DNA of 39,648 nt from an uncultured Candidatus Saccharibacteria bacterium. GTDB lineage: Bacteria; Patescibacteriota; Minisyncoccia; Ryanbacterales; 2-02-FULL-48-12. How positions within the stretch are numbered: position 1 is the stretch's first letter; every line of letters begins with the position of its first letter. A model generated the notes under the pieces. The model made no database searches, was not told the origin of the DNA, and saw only the letters and a list, made by a program, of their open reading frames with translations. Shown piece after piece: positions 1 to 7,693 of the stretch. The position numbers were made by a program, and so were the translations under genes. The stretch lies in NCBI GenBank assembly GCA_964349275.1, contig CAYGFT010000004.1, forward strand, positions 1 through 39,648, in the 5' to 3' direction.

Positions 1-55
1 TATTTATATTCTTCAGCCCAGTCTAAAGTTCGAAAGTCCTTAAGGAGGGCGAGCC

Positions 56-91
56 AACAAAAAACATTAGCGAAGGCTAATGTTTTTTGTT
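56..91. terminator. Perfect 16-bp inverted repeat, probably a bidirectional intrinsic terminator
   Basis: AACAAAAAACATTAGC-GAAG-GCTAATGTTTTTTGTT. Confidence 0.75.
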
Positions 92-125
92 ATCATGATT
101 TTAGAATAATTAATTCTAAAAAAAT

Positions 126-512
126 ATGAAAGGTGCATATGTAGATGGTTTTTTGTTTGTTGTTCCCAAAGGTAAGACAGCTGAGTATAAAAAAATGGCT
201 ACGTTGGGTAAGAAGCTTTGGATGAAGCACGGCGCGCTTGATTATAAGGAATGCGTGGGCGATGATCTTACTCCAAAAGGAGCCATGCCAGGTATAAAAC
301 AGCTGCACTTTCCATCGGTAATCAAGGCAAAAAAAGCAGAAACCGTGTGGTTTTCATTTATTGTGTTTAAATCGCGCAAGCATAGGGATGAGGTTAATTC
401 CAAAGTAATGAAAGATCCGTCCATGAATGATGAGACTTGGAAAGATCAACCAATGCCGATGGATATGAAGCGTTTTGCTTACGGTGGGTTTAAGGTAGAA
501 GTCGGAGTATAG
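126..512 (+). CDS. DUF1428 (YbaA-like) protein
   Basis: YVDGF..VP, GALDYKECVGDD, ETVWFSFIV.KSR.HRD.VN.KVM.DP, MPMDMKR.AYGGF. Confidence 0.9.
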   Translation: MKGAYVDGFLFVVPKGKTAEYKKMATLGKKLWMKHGALDYKECVGDDLTPKGAMPGIKQLHFPSVIKAKKAETVWFSFIVFKSRKHRDEVNSKVMKDPSMNDETWKDQPMPMDMKRFAYGGFKVEVGV

Positions 513-692
513 AAATCCTGTGCCAAACATGGCATCCAACCCACGGCCCAACAACTAACAGTCTTGTGCTGCGACGCCAGTTAATACACGATTTAATTTA
601 GAAATTTGTGCTACGTTATATTCTGTAAGAGTTCGCAAGTCGTTGATATAAGCGAGCAGTGAAAGTATTTTAAAGTAGAGATTATTCTTCAC

Positions 693-727
693 AAAAAAAC
701 CGCTTTGGGAATGGTCCAAGGGCGGTT
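693..727 (-). terminator. Intrinsic terminator of 727..1194
   Basis: Minus strand AACCGCCCTTGG...CCAAAGCGGTT followed by a T run. Confidence 0.65.
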
Positions 728-1194
728 CAGAAACAGAAAGACGAGGCTATTTCAACCCCTTCTTCCGTAAGTTGTTTTCTGGTATCTGCGTGTAGTATTT
801 TGCCGTGGGGGATGAATAAAACTCTTCTCTCGGAGAGGTATAGGTGAGCCACAAAAATATCTGCGTCGAGAATATTGTGGGTTATGATTTGTGCAAATCT
901 GTGTTCGAGTGCTCCTTCGATAGCCTCCCACATCTGAAAAAGTTCTCCCAATACTTCTCCTATCACGAAGTCAAGGACTACTCCTGTCTTGTCGGGTCGC
1001 TGTTCCTTCCCTCCGAAACCTTTCAGCCAGTCGCATTGGAAATCTTTACAGCTCTGCGGGCGGCTTTTGTAGATATTGCATCCCGTACCTATTGTGCAAT
1101 GAGCGCAGAGGTAGCCAGGAAGTTTTTGTATTTCCGATACCCCATGCGTTTTACAGCAAGCAGTACATGCTCCGCAAATACGTTTCTTTGCCAT
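727..1194 (-). CDS. YkgJ-like cysteine-cluster protein (paralog 1)
   Basis: CGACTACC, CAHC, GCNIY..RP.SC..F.C.W, RPD; SD CAGGAGG before ATG. Confidence 0.8.
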   Translation of the reverse strand: MAKKRICGACTACCKTHGVSEIQKLPGYLCAHCTIGTGCNIYKSRPQSCKDFQCDWLKGFGGKEQRPDKTGVVLDFVIGEVLGELFQMWEAIEGALEHRFAQIITHNILDADIFVAHLYLSERRVLFIPHGKILHADTRKQLTEEGVEIASSFCF

Positions 1195-1298
1195 GATACC
1201 TCCTGTGGTCTGTGATCCCGCTTTATTCGTAGCAATATTTTACTACAACTACAAGGGCAATACCTCGTCAGCATTGGAAAATTTGGTAGAATAGATTT

Positions 1299-1730
1299 AT
1301 GAACAAAGCAAATCCCAGGCTGGCTGGAAAAGAATCAGAGCCCAAGATGCTGGCGGATCTTCAAAAAACTCTTGCGGCCACCCCCTCGGTTATGGCGCTC
1401 TGGAGAGGCCTTACGCCGATTGCACGGAGAGACTTTGTGAGTTGGATAGAGTCAGCAAAACAACCAGAGACTCGTAGGCACCGAGTCGAGAGTCTTCCTT
1501 CGAGGCTCACGTCAGGAAAGCGGCGCCCTTGCTGTTATGCGCTCGTGCCAATGAATCTTTACAAAGCTCTTGGGGCTAGCCCAAAAGCAAAAGCTCAATG
1601 GAAGGGGCTCACGCCGGATGAGCGCAGAGACTTTGTGAGCTGGATCGACTCGGCCAAAGAATCAGAGGCTCGCAGTCGCCGGATTGAGAAAGCTTGCTTG
1701 ATGCTTGCATCTGGAAAGCGACGCCCGTGA
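1299..1730 (+). CDS. YdeI/OmpD-associated family protein with two tandem repeats
   Basis: Two copies of W.GLTP..RRDFVSWI.SAK..E.R..R.E......SGKRRP. Confidence 0.85.
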   Translation: MNKANPRLAGKESEPKMLADLQKTLAATPSVMALWRGLTPIARRDFVSWIESAKQPETRRHRVESLPSRLTSGKRRPCCYALVPMNLYKALGASPKAKAQWKGLTPDERRDFVSWIDSAKESEARSRRIEKACLMLASGKRRP

Positions 1731-1821
1731 TGTTTTTCATTTGACGAAGTCAGGAAGATGAAAGTAGGCAAGCCTACGGGTTTGATTTCTACCCCCGGTG
1801 GGTCTGTGTTAGAATGGCTCC

Positions 1822-2082
1822 ATGTCGGAAGGATTCCCAAAAAATCCACTAGAGGAGATAAGGAGTGTGGAGACAGAAGGGCTAGCACGATACCGAACGG
1901 TTGAGCAGGAAATTTTAGAGATGCATGAAGATGGATCAAGGACCGAGCGTGTTCTTGAGTGCAATGGCAATCTCCATAGACGTTGCGTTGATAGAATTTT
2001 TTACGGTGAGAATGGTGAGGTTGTATTTGCCGATCAACTATCTCGAGAGGAATTGGGTCCATGTGATGGCGAGCATCCCTAG
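1822..2082 (+). CDS. Hypothetical acidic protein
   Basis: 86 aa; TGT-TAGAAT 6 nt upstream of ATG; hairpin terminator downstream. Confidence 0.6.
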   Translation: MSEGFPKNPLEEIRSVETEGLARYRTVEQEILEMHEDGSRTERVLECNGNLHRRCVDRIFYGENGEVVFADQLSREELGPCDGEHP

Positions 2083-2113
2083 AGCATGTCGCTAGGTGAA
2101 GGTATATTTCTAG

Positions 2114-2183
2114 TGCCTTACAAAATAAAGTAAGGCAATTTTTTTAAGCCAAAAAAGAAGCAGAACAACTGCTTCTTTTTTGG
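2114..2183. terminator. Two hairpin terminators between convergent genes
   Basis: TGCCTTAC-N8-GTAAGGCA plus T run (2114-2145); CCAAAAAAGAAGCAG-AACAA-CTGCTTCTTTTTTGG (2149-2183). Confidence 0.75.
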
Positions 2184-2211
2184 GAGCAAGTTAACTACAA
2201 GCTAAGTAAAA

Positions 2212-2352
2212 CTAGCTTTGGTTGTTTTTTTCTTTTTGCTCCATAGCTTTTTCTCTCTCCTCTCTTGCCACTTCACTAGCTTGTTTCTCAGCATCTACAG
2301 CGGGAATATTTATATTTCTCATATCTTGGTCTTTTGGTTTTTGCTCTATCAT
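2212..2352 (-). CDS. Small charged protein, 46 aa (below the ORF-track cutoff)
   Basis: MIEQKPKDQDMRNINIPAVDAEKQASEVAREEREKAMEQKEKNNQS*; followed by terminator 2149-2183. Confidence 0.55.
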   Translation of the reverse strand: MIEQKPKDQDMRNINIPAVDAEKQASEVAREEREKAMEQKEKNNQS

Positions 2353-2529
2353 AAGATTGGTTGTAATTTACGGATGAATAATATTGACGCGACTTTTCTA
2401 TACAAGAAGCCGTTGGATACGGCAATTTATTACCGTATGAATCGTATACTGTTATCGGCTAGAATTTTTTATGAGTTGCATCTTTGCTGGTATATAAGTT
2501 TGAATCTTGCTTGGGGGAGCGATGCCTGC

Positions 2530-2558
2530 TTGACAAAATTATCATTATACTTTACTAT
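2530..2558 (+). promoter_or_regulatory. Sigma70-type promoter
   Basis: TTGACA-N17-TACTAT. Confidence 0.7.
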
Positions 2559-2593
2559 TTTGTTGGATAATCTTTTCTATTGGAGGTATCAGT

Positions 2594-2863
2594 GTGCAGG
2601 CATCGATTTTTCTCAAGTATCCCGAGTACAAGAAAGGGCTTCGGTTTGTCATTGACGGACATACGTTCTCCATCGAGTATAATAAAGATCGAAAGATGCA
2701 AGATGAGGTGTTCGATGGAACCTTTTGTTCGCTGATGAAACTCCAAGTTGATCTCAAGCGTAGGTTTGGAGAAAAAGAGGGGCAACGCTGGTTTACGCAT
2801 CTTTTTCAGCATATTTTTCATTATCACATACGAAGAATACGCAAGAAAAGAAAGCGAACATAA
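2594..2863 (+). CDS. Hypothetical basic protein
   Basis: GGAGGT SD before GTG; promoter upstream. Confidence 0.6.
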   Translation: MQASIFLKYPEYKKGLRFVIDGHTFSIEYNKDRKMQDEVFDGTFCSLMKLQVDLKRRFGEKEGQRWFTHLFQHIFHYHIRRIRKKRKRT

Positions 2864-2915
2864 ATTATTATTTCTTGGTAATTATTGTGTTTCGTAACCA
2901 AGGGGAGGGTTCCCA

Positions 2916-3386
2916 ATGCTACTACAGCGCGATGTCGGCCGTACGTGTGGCGAGTGTAATGCTTGCTGTAAACCATTTAAGGTCCCGGAAGTAGATAAAA
3001 ACGATGCTAACTGGTGCAAGCATTGTATCCTTGGCAACGGCTGTGCCATTTATAGAGATCGGCCTCTGGCATGCCAGCTCTACGCATGTATGTGGCTAAA
3101 TGGCTTCGGGACCGATGATTTCCGGCCGGATCGTTTGGGGGTAATACTGGATTCCGAAGACTTTCAACTTCCTGACCGTATGGTTGGTGTCCTACATTTC
3201 CTTGAGGTGAGGGAGGGAGCTCTTGGCCAGTCTATTATTGAAGAGATAGCAGGCCTCAACCTAGAACAGGGGGCCGCCATCGAGTACCACCAGATTTCCG
3301 GAGATACTGATATAAAGTCTCTTCGTGTACGAAGGCGCTTCTTCAGTACTGAGGAAACTAAAATGATTCAAAACCGTCGTAAATAG
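2916..3386 (+). CDS. YkgJ-like cysteine-cluster protein (paralog 2)
   Basis: CGECNACC, CKHC, GCAIY.DRP.AC..Y.C.W, RPD; SD GGAGG. Confidence 0.8.
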   Translation: MLLQRDVGRTCGECNACCKPFKVPEVDKNDANWCKHCILGNGCAIYRDRPLACQLYACMWLNGFGTDDFRPDRLGVILDSEDFQLPDRMVGVLHFLEVREGALGQSIIEEIAGLNLEQGAAIEYHQISGDTDIKSLRVRRRFFSTEETKMIQNRRK

Positions 3387-3559
3387 GCCAGCTTTTCTAA
3401 AAGTCTCCCTGCAAATGCGTCTTATAAACTTATGAGACTGCGGGAGAGAATTTAGAGAGTTGGCAGTGCTAGGGATGTTTGGGGCATTGGTATAAAGCTG
3501 GCTAGAAACCGGCTTTTTTCTTTTGCCTGCTTACTTGCGGTACTGCTATAATACACGGC

Positions 3560-3910
3560 ATGAAAACATGTACGGGAGGGTGTCATTGCGGGGTGGTGCG
3601 TTATGAGGTGGAGACGGATTTAGCCAAGGTCATATCATGTAATTGTTCGCATTGTGATAAAAAGGGACTGTTGCTCGCGTTTGTGCCAAGTGAGCAGTTT
3701 CGACTCATATCGGGCGGAGACAATCTAACTGACTATCAATTCAACAAAAAAATCATCCATCATCTTTTTTGTTCGATCTGCGGGGTGCAGTCGTTTTCCC
3801 GCGGTACAGGCAAAGACGGTAAAGAGATGGTGGGCATCAATGTCCGCTGTCTGGATGATGTTGATATGGAGAGTATCACGGTCACACCGTTTGATGGTAA
3901 GAGCTGGTAA
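3560..3910 (+). CDS. GFA (CENP-V/glutathione-dependent formaldehyde-activating) family protein
   Basis: GGCHCG.VRY, CNCSHC, H.FC..CG, INVRCL, FDG. Confidence 0.92.
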   Translation: MKTCTGGCHCGVVRYEVETDLAKVISCNCSHCDKKGLLLAFVPSEQFRLISGGDNLTDYQFNKKIIHHLFCSICGVQSFSRGTGKDGKEMVGINVRCLDDVDMESITVTPFDGKSW

Positions 3911-3930
3911 TATTTTTTTTGATATTTTTT

Positions 3931-4836
3931 ATGCAACCCGGGTCGCAAAAAATTTTATGGGTATTCTCTGTATTGCTAGTCCTTCTTGCCAGTGCGGCGG
4001 GTTATTTGGGTTATCAAACATATTTGCAAACACGTACCATCAAATCTCTGGAAGAGAGTCTTGCGAGCGCGCGTGGAGATATCGCCTCTACTACCGGGGA
4101 GCTTGGGCGCGTATACAACGAGCTTGGTGATACTCGAATCGAGCGTGATGGATTTGAATTGAGCTATCACGCGGAGAAAAAACGGTTGGATGACCTCTCT
4201 CTTCAGGTACAAAATATCGGCAGTATGGTGGGTGTCCTGGAAAAACTTCAAAAGACCGATCCGGAGCTTATTGCTAAATATTCCAAGATATATTTTCTCA
4301 ATGAGAATTATATACCTGATACGCTTGCCTTCCTTGATCCACAATATGTGTTTAAACCCGAGCGGGGACTCCGCATACAGTCAGATACCAGACAATATCT
4401 AGAGCGCTTGTTGGCCGATGCCGCGCGCGATGGGGTAGATTTGCAAATCATATCAGCCTATCGCTCGTTTGGTGAGCAGGCTGAGCTCAAACAGGCCTAT
4501 AGTGTGACCTATGGGACGGGTGCCAATAAGTTTTCTGCAGATCAAGGGTATTCGGAGCACCAGCTGGGGACTACGGTTGATTTTACTACCAAGGCGCTTG
4601 GCGCGGGGTTTGCCTCTTTTGAGGGGACACCAGCATATGCATGGTTATCAGCACATGCGCATGAGTATGGGTTTGTCCTCTCGTACCCCAAAAATAACAG
4701 CTACTATGTCTTTGAGCCGTGGCATTGGCGATTTGTGAGTCGGAGTCTTGCCGGTAAACTTCATGAGGAGGGTAAACATTTTTATGATCTCGATCAGCGG
4801 GTACTAGATACCTATCTCGTCTCGTTTTTTGATTAG
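3931..4836 (+). CDS. M15B (VanY-like) D-Ala-D-Ala carboxypeptidase with N-terminal TM and coiled coil
   Basis: SAYRS, SEHQLG..VD, W...A..YGF..SYP, EPWHWRF. Confidence 0.9.
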   Translation: MQPGSQKILWVFSVLLVLLASAAGYLGYQTYLQTRTIKSLEESLASARGDIASTTGELGRVYNELGDTRIERDGFELSYHAEKKRLDDLSLQVQNIGSMVGVLEKLQKTDPELIAKYSKIYFLNENYIPDTLAFLDPQYVFKPERGLRIQSDTRQYLERLLADAARDGVDLQIISAYRSFGEQAELKQAYSVTYGTGANKFSADQGYSEHQLGTTVDFTTKALGAGFASFEGTPAYAWLSAHAHEYGFVLSYPKNNSYYVFEPWHWRFVSRSLAGKLHEEGKHFYDLDQRVLDTYLVSFFD

Positions 4837-5051
4837 GTAAAGACAAAAAAGAGGATTCTGCCATTCTCATGAATGTGCGGTACTTGCCTGGGTAAAGAGA
4901 GGCATGATAGACTGGTAGTAGTGCTCCAGTTTGGTCTCCTCCTTTCTGGGGCCTCTCGGCTAGGGGCAGGCGATGTCGCCTCCACCATCCAAAAACACCC
5001 CACCATCATCTGTCTCCTAGCCTTCTTACGCTCTTTTGAAAGTGTATCCAT
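4833..5051 (-). CDS. Dubious hypothetical ORF (possibly frameshifted)
   Basis: 72-aa ORF that runs through its own terminator-like hairpin at 4845-4868. Confidence 0.3.
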   Translation of the reverse strand: MDTLSKERKKARRQMMVGCFWMVEATSPAPSREAPERRRPNWSTTTSLSCLSLPRQVPHIHENGRILFFVFT

Positions 5052-5123
5052 TTTTTTCTTTTCGCCGCCACTATTTTAGGCGGTTTTTCTTTTGGTGACG
5101 AGGTCTTATACTAAGATAAGAGT

Positions 5124-5374
5124 ATGTTATTTATAATGGATGCTAAGGGTGTCATGGGCCCACTCGTCAAAAACGAGTGGTACAAACCTCCAGAAGAGGG
5201 GGTACTCGTGTACTGTACTGTGCACTCAGGTGATTTGAGTAACGAGCTCTCGCGGGTGGAGGCATGGGCGGCAAGGCGCTCATACCACGCAGGCAAATCT
5301 CCCTGGGCGTAGGCTATATGGCGGTGTGTGTGGGCACCGAGGGCAATCGCATCGCTAGCCACTCGCGTGCATAA
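5124..5374 (+). pseudogene. VOC/glyoxalase family pseudogene, 5'-truncated and frameshifted near 5265
   Basis: First frame LVKNEWYKP..EGVLVY..HSGDLSNELSRVEA; second frame GGKALIPRRQIS..VGYMAV..GTEGNRIA.HSRA*. Confidence 0.75.
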
Positions 5375-5396
5375 GATTTTTATTGCTTGATATTAC

Positions 5397-6029
5397 ATGA
5401 TCGCTGATTATCTTTTGGTTGCTGGGTTTGTAGGGGTGTCTTTGCTGTCACTCTTCTTCCGGCGCTTTTTGAGTGAGCGCTGGCGTGATGCGCTATTGGT
5501 GTTCGGGGTGGTAGGACTCGCAGTATCTGTCGAGCTTTGGTTGGGACGTGTGCCATGGTGTAAGTGCGGATATATCAAACTTTGGCATGGTGTGGTGTTC
5601 AGCTCCGAGAACTCCCAGCATATTTCCGACTGGTATACCTTTTCGCACATCATTCATGGATTTATATTTTACTGGATCGCACGCAAACTTTTCCCGCGGG
5701 GGACGTTTGGCCTGTGGCTCATTCTTGCCACTATTGCAGAGGCCGCTTGGGAGATATTGGAAAACACGAGTACAATTATCAATCGGTATCGCGAGGTGAC
5801 GATATCGCTTGATTACTATGGCGACTCGATACTCAACTCAACCATGGATATTCTGGCGATGCTACTTGGGTTTTGGCTCGCCCGCAAACTTCCGGTAGGC
5901 GTGACGGTAGCACTTGCGATTATCATGGAGGTATTTGTGGGGTATTATATCCGAGATAATCTTGCGCTTAATATCATTATGCTTATCTATCCGTTTGATG
6001 CGATACTCCGCTGGCAATCGGGTGGATGA
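5397..6029 (+). CDS. DUF2585 family membrane protein
   Basis: GR...C.CG.IKLWHG...SSENSQH..DWYT.SHIIHG, WEI.EN, Y.GDS..NS, IRDNL.LN. Confidence 0.92.
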   Translation: MIADYLLVAGFVGVSLLSLFFRRFLSERWRDALLVFGVVGLAVSVELWLGRVPWCKCGYIKLWHGVVFSSENSQHISDWYTFSHIIHGFIFYWIARKLFPRGTFGLWLILATIAEAAWEILENTSTIINRYREVTISLDYYGDSILNSTMDILAMLLGFWLARKLPVGVTVALAIIMEVFVGYYIRDNLALNIIMLIYPFDAILRWQSGG

Positions 6030-6059
6030 CTTTTGTCAACAAAAATTCCGCAGGTGTTA

Positions 6060-6503
6060 CTACGGAATATGCAACTCACCGACGGCATACATGCCAAAAA
6101 ATAACTCTTGTGCTTCTTCCGGTACATGTGAGGTGAGATCTGGTTTGCAAAGTGACCAGAAGACATCATATTGGAGGGCCTGTGTGCCAGATTGTACTGC
6201 AGTGCTTCGCGTGGGGAGTACCTCCATCCAATCTCGCTGATATACAATTTTCCCATCTGTGTCTTGGAAGATATCGACGCGCTCGAAAAGTGCTCCCCGA
6301 AACCAATTCTCATCGCAGGCTTCTACTACGATACCACGCCCATCGGCGCGTACTCCTACGCTACAGTGTCCATCCTGCCAAATAAAGCTCGCGCGCATTG
6401 TGGGCTCTGTGCGTGGTGCTATAAAATGACAGAGGTCGCGGGCAGATATGGGGAACGGTGTTACCACCAGTAAGAGAACAGTTAGTATAAAACCTCGACG
6501 CAT
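6060..6503 (-). CDS. Hypothetical secreted protein
   Basis: AAAGGAGG SD before ATG 6503; signal peptide MRRGFILTVLLLVVTPFPISA; ATGACA-N17-TATAAT upstream. Confidence 0.65.
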   Translation of the reverse strand: MRRGFILTVLLLVVTPFPISARDLCHFIAPRTEPTMRASFIWQDGHCSVGVRADGRGIVVEACDENWFRGALFERVDIFQDTDGKIVYQRDWMEVLPTRSTAVQSGTQALQYDVFWSLCKPDLTSHVPEEAQELFFGMYAVGELHIP

Positions 6504-6634
6504 ATATAGCCCTCCTTTCAATCTGCCTCTATTATAGGGGGATGGGGGAAAATTGTCATTGACTTTGTGAGTATAAGATTGTACAAATTATAGCGGACAA
6601 CTTTTTAGACTACGCATAAGGGAGGTATGGTATT

Positions 6635-6781
6635 GTGGCTAAGGCCGGTGAGCGCCCAAAGCTGGTGCGACTGGACAGCAAAAAAGGGACACAGATTTAT
6701 CTCTGTGGCGTCTGCGGGGGCAACGCAAATAAAAATGGACAATTATGTACCGCATGTGGCGGTACAGGAGAGGCGAATTAA
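6635..6781 (+). CDS. 48-aa zinc-finger microprotein (CxxCxG ... CxxCxGxG)
   Basis: GTG 9 nt after GGAGG; MAKAGERPKLVRLDSKKGTQIYLCGVCGGNANKNGQLCTACGGTGEAN*; terminator follows. Confidence 0.7.
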   Translation: MAKAGERPKLVRLDSKKGTQIYLCGVCGGNANKNGQLCTACGGTGEAN

Positions 6782-6797
6782 TATAGCAATACCAAGC

Positions 6798-6852
6798 GGG
6801 TCTCTTATGAGGCCCTTTCTTTTTTATAAAAAATCACCCCACTCGGGGTGAT
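6798..6852. terminator. Back-to-back terminators for convergent genes
   Basis: GGGTCTC-TTAT-GAGGCCC plus T run (+); ATCACCCC-N4-GGGGTGAT with flanking A run (-). Confidence 0.7.
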
Positions 6853-6857
6853 ACGTG

Positions 6858-7088
6858 CTATTCGGTGGGGAGTAGAGGTGGCGCTTGAGGTGGTGGAGGA
6901 GGGAGTGGCACTACACTTGCCGTGCTCGCCGCTTGGTAATATTTTTGCGCGGCAACAGGGGCGCCTGCTTTTTGGTAACGATTCGTAATCTCTACAGAGA
7001 GAAATCCGACCATAATCACACAAAGGATAACAAGAGTAGAGACCAAAGCAATGCGCCAAGTATCTTGTTTGTATTTTTTAGTAGCCAT
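6858..7088 (-). CDS. Small single-pass membrane protein with Pro-rich tail
   Basis: Basic N-terminus, one TM helix, PPPPP; TACCAT 6 nt upstream of ATG. Confidence 0.65.
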   Translation of the reverse strand: MATKKYKQDTWRIALVSTLVILCVIMVGFLSVEITNRYQKAGAPVAAQKYYQAASTASVVPLPPPPPQAPPLLPTE

Positions 7089-7226
7089 GAGTACATGGTA
7101 TCGCGTGAGAACTATGTTTGCAATGAGTCCTGTGTATAGGGGAATATTTTGCCGGTTCGTTGGTGATGTAGTTTGTATCTGCTACAATAGTGGGACGTTC
7201 TTATCAGAGCTCATACATACATATAT

Positions 7227-7595
7227 ATGAAATTTCACGATGATATTATGCGTATCGTACGCGAAAATACATTTTTTCGGCAAGAGATTGTTACGGGATC
7301 GCACAGTCAGGTGGTGGTGATGAGTATTCCTGTGGGCGGGGAGATTGGTGTGGAAGTGCATGAGGTGGATCAGACACTTCTTTTTGTGGAAGGCACTGGA
7401 GAGGCTATCTTGGATGACGAGAAAACATCCATAACCGCTGGTCACCTGGTGTTTGTACCGGCAGGCACTAAGCATAATTTTCTAAATACGGGATTGGGAG
7501 ACATGAAGCTGATTACGGTGTATGCTCCACCGGAGCATCAGCCGGGTACGGTGCACAAAACCAAGGCTGAAGCGGATGCGGCAGAGGGACATTGA
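7227..7595 (+). CDS. Cupin domain protein
   Basis: GEIG.EVH.VDQ...F..G.G; VPAGTKHNF.N; YAPPEH..GTVH.TK. Confidence 0.92.
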   Translation: MKFHDDIMRIVRENTFFRQEIVTGSHSQVVVMSIPVGGEIGVEVHEVDQTLLFVEGTGEAILDDEKTSITAGHLVFVPAGTKHNFLNTGLGDMKLITVYAPPEHQPGTVHKTKAEADAAEGH

Positions 7596-7611
7596 GCTAT
7601 TTTTTAGACTC

Positions 7612-7642
7612 AACCCCCCCCACATGAGCGTGTGGGGTTTTT
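7612..7642 (+). terminator. Intrinsic terminator
   Basis: CCCCACAT-GAGC-GTGTGGGG followed by TTTTT. Confidence 0.7.
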
Positions 7643-7693
7643 GTTGCGCATTTTCCCAAAATGGCTTACCGTATAGAGGCTAAGTATCTTCGT

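Noticed and set aside
20..57. GTTCGA...CCA resembling a tRNA 3' end or att site
   Set aside because: No T-stem pairing or acceptor stem can be built, and the spacing is wrong.
354..554. Minus ORF beginning LGRGLDAM, like the ParB N-terminal motif
   Set aside because: In-frame stop just upstream, the rest is antisense to DUF1428, and no ParB domain follows.
1728..1730. Genome-wide UGA=Gly recoding (code 25)
   Set aside because: Conserved genes such as DUF2585, cupin, phhB and eno end at TGA at their expected C-termini, and long genes have no internal TGA.
1764..1777. GTAGGC-AA-GCCTAC REP-like palindrome
   Set aside because: Only one short copy seen and no RAYT/TnpA gene.
2218..2655. 145-aa plus-strand ORF
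   Set aside because: Low-complexity shadow of a minus-strand microprotein and a promoter region.
6627..6851. 74-aa ORF from the track
   Set aside because: ATG is only 1 nt from the GGAGG and the ORF runs through the terminator; the 6635 zinc-finger frame fits better.
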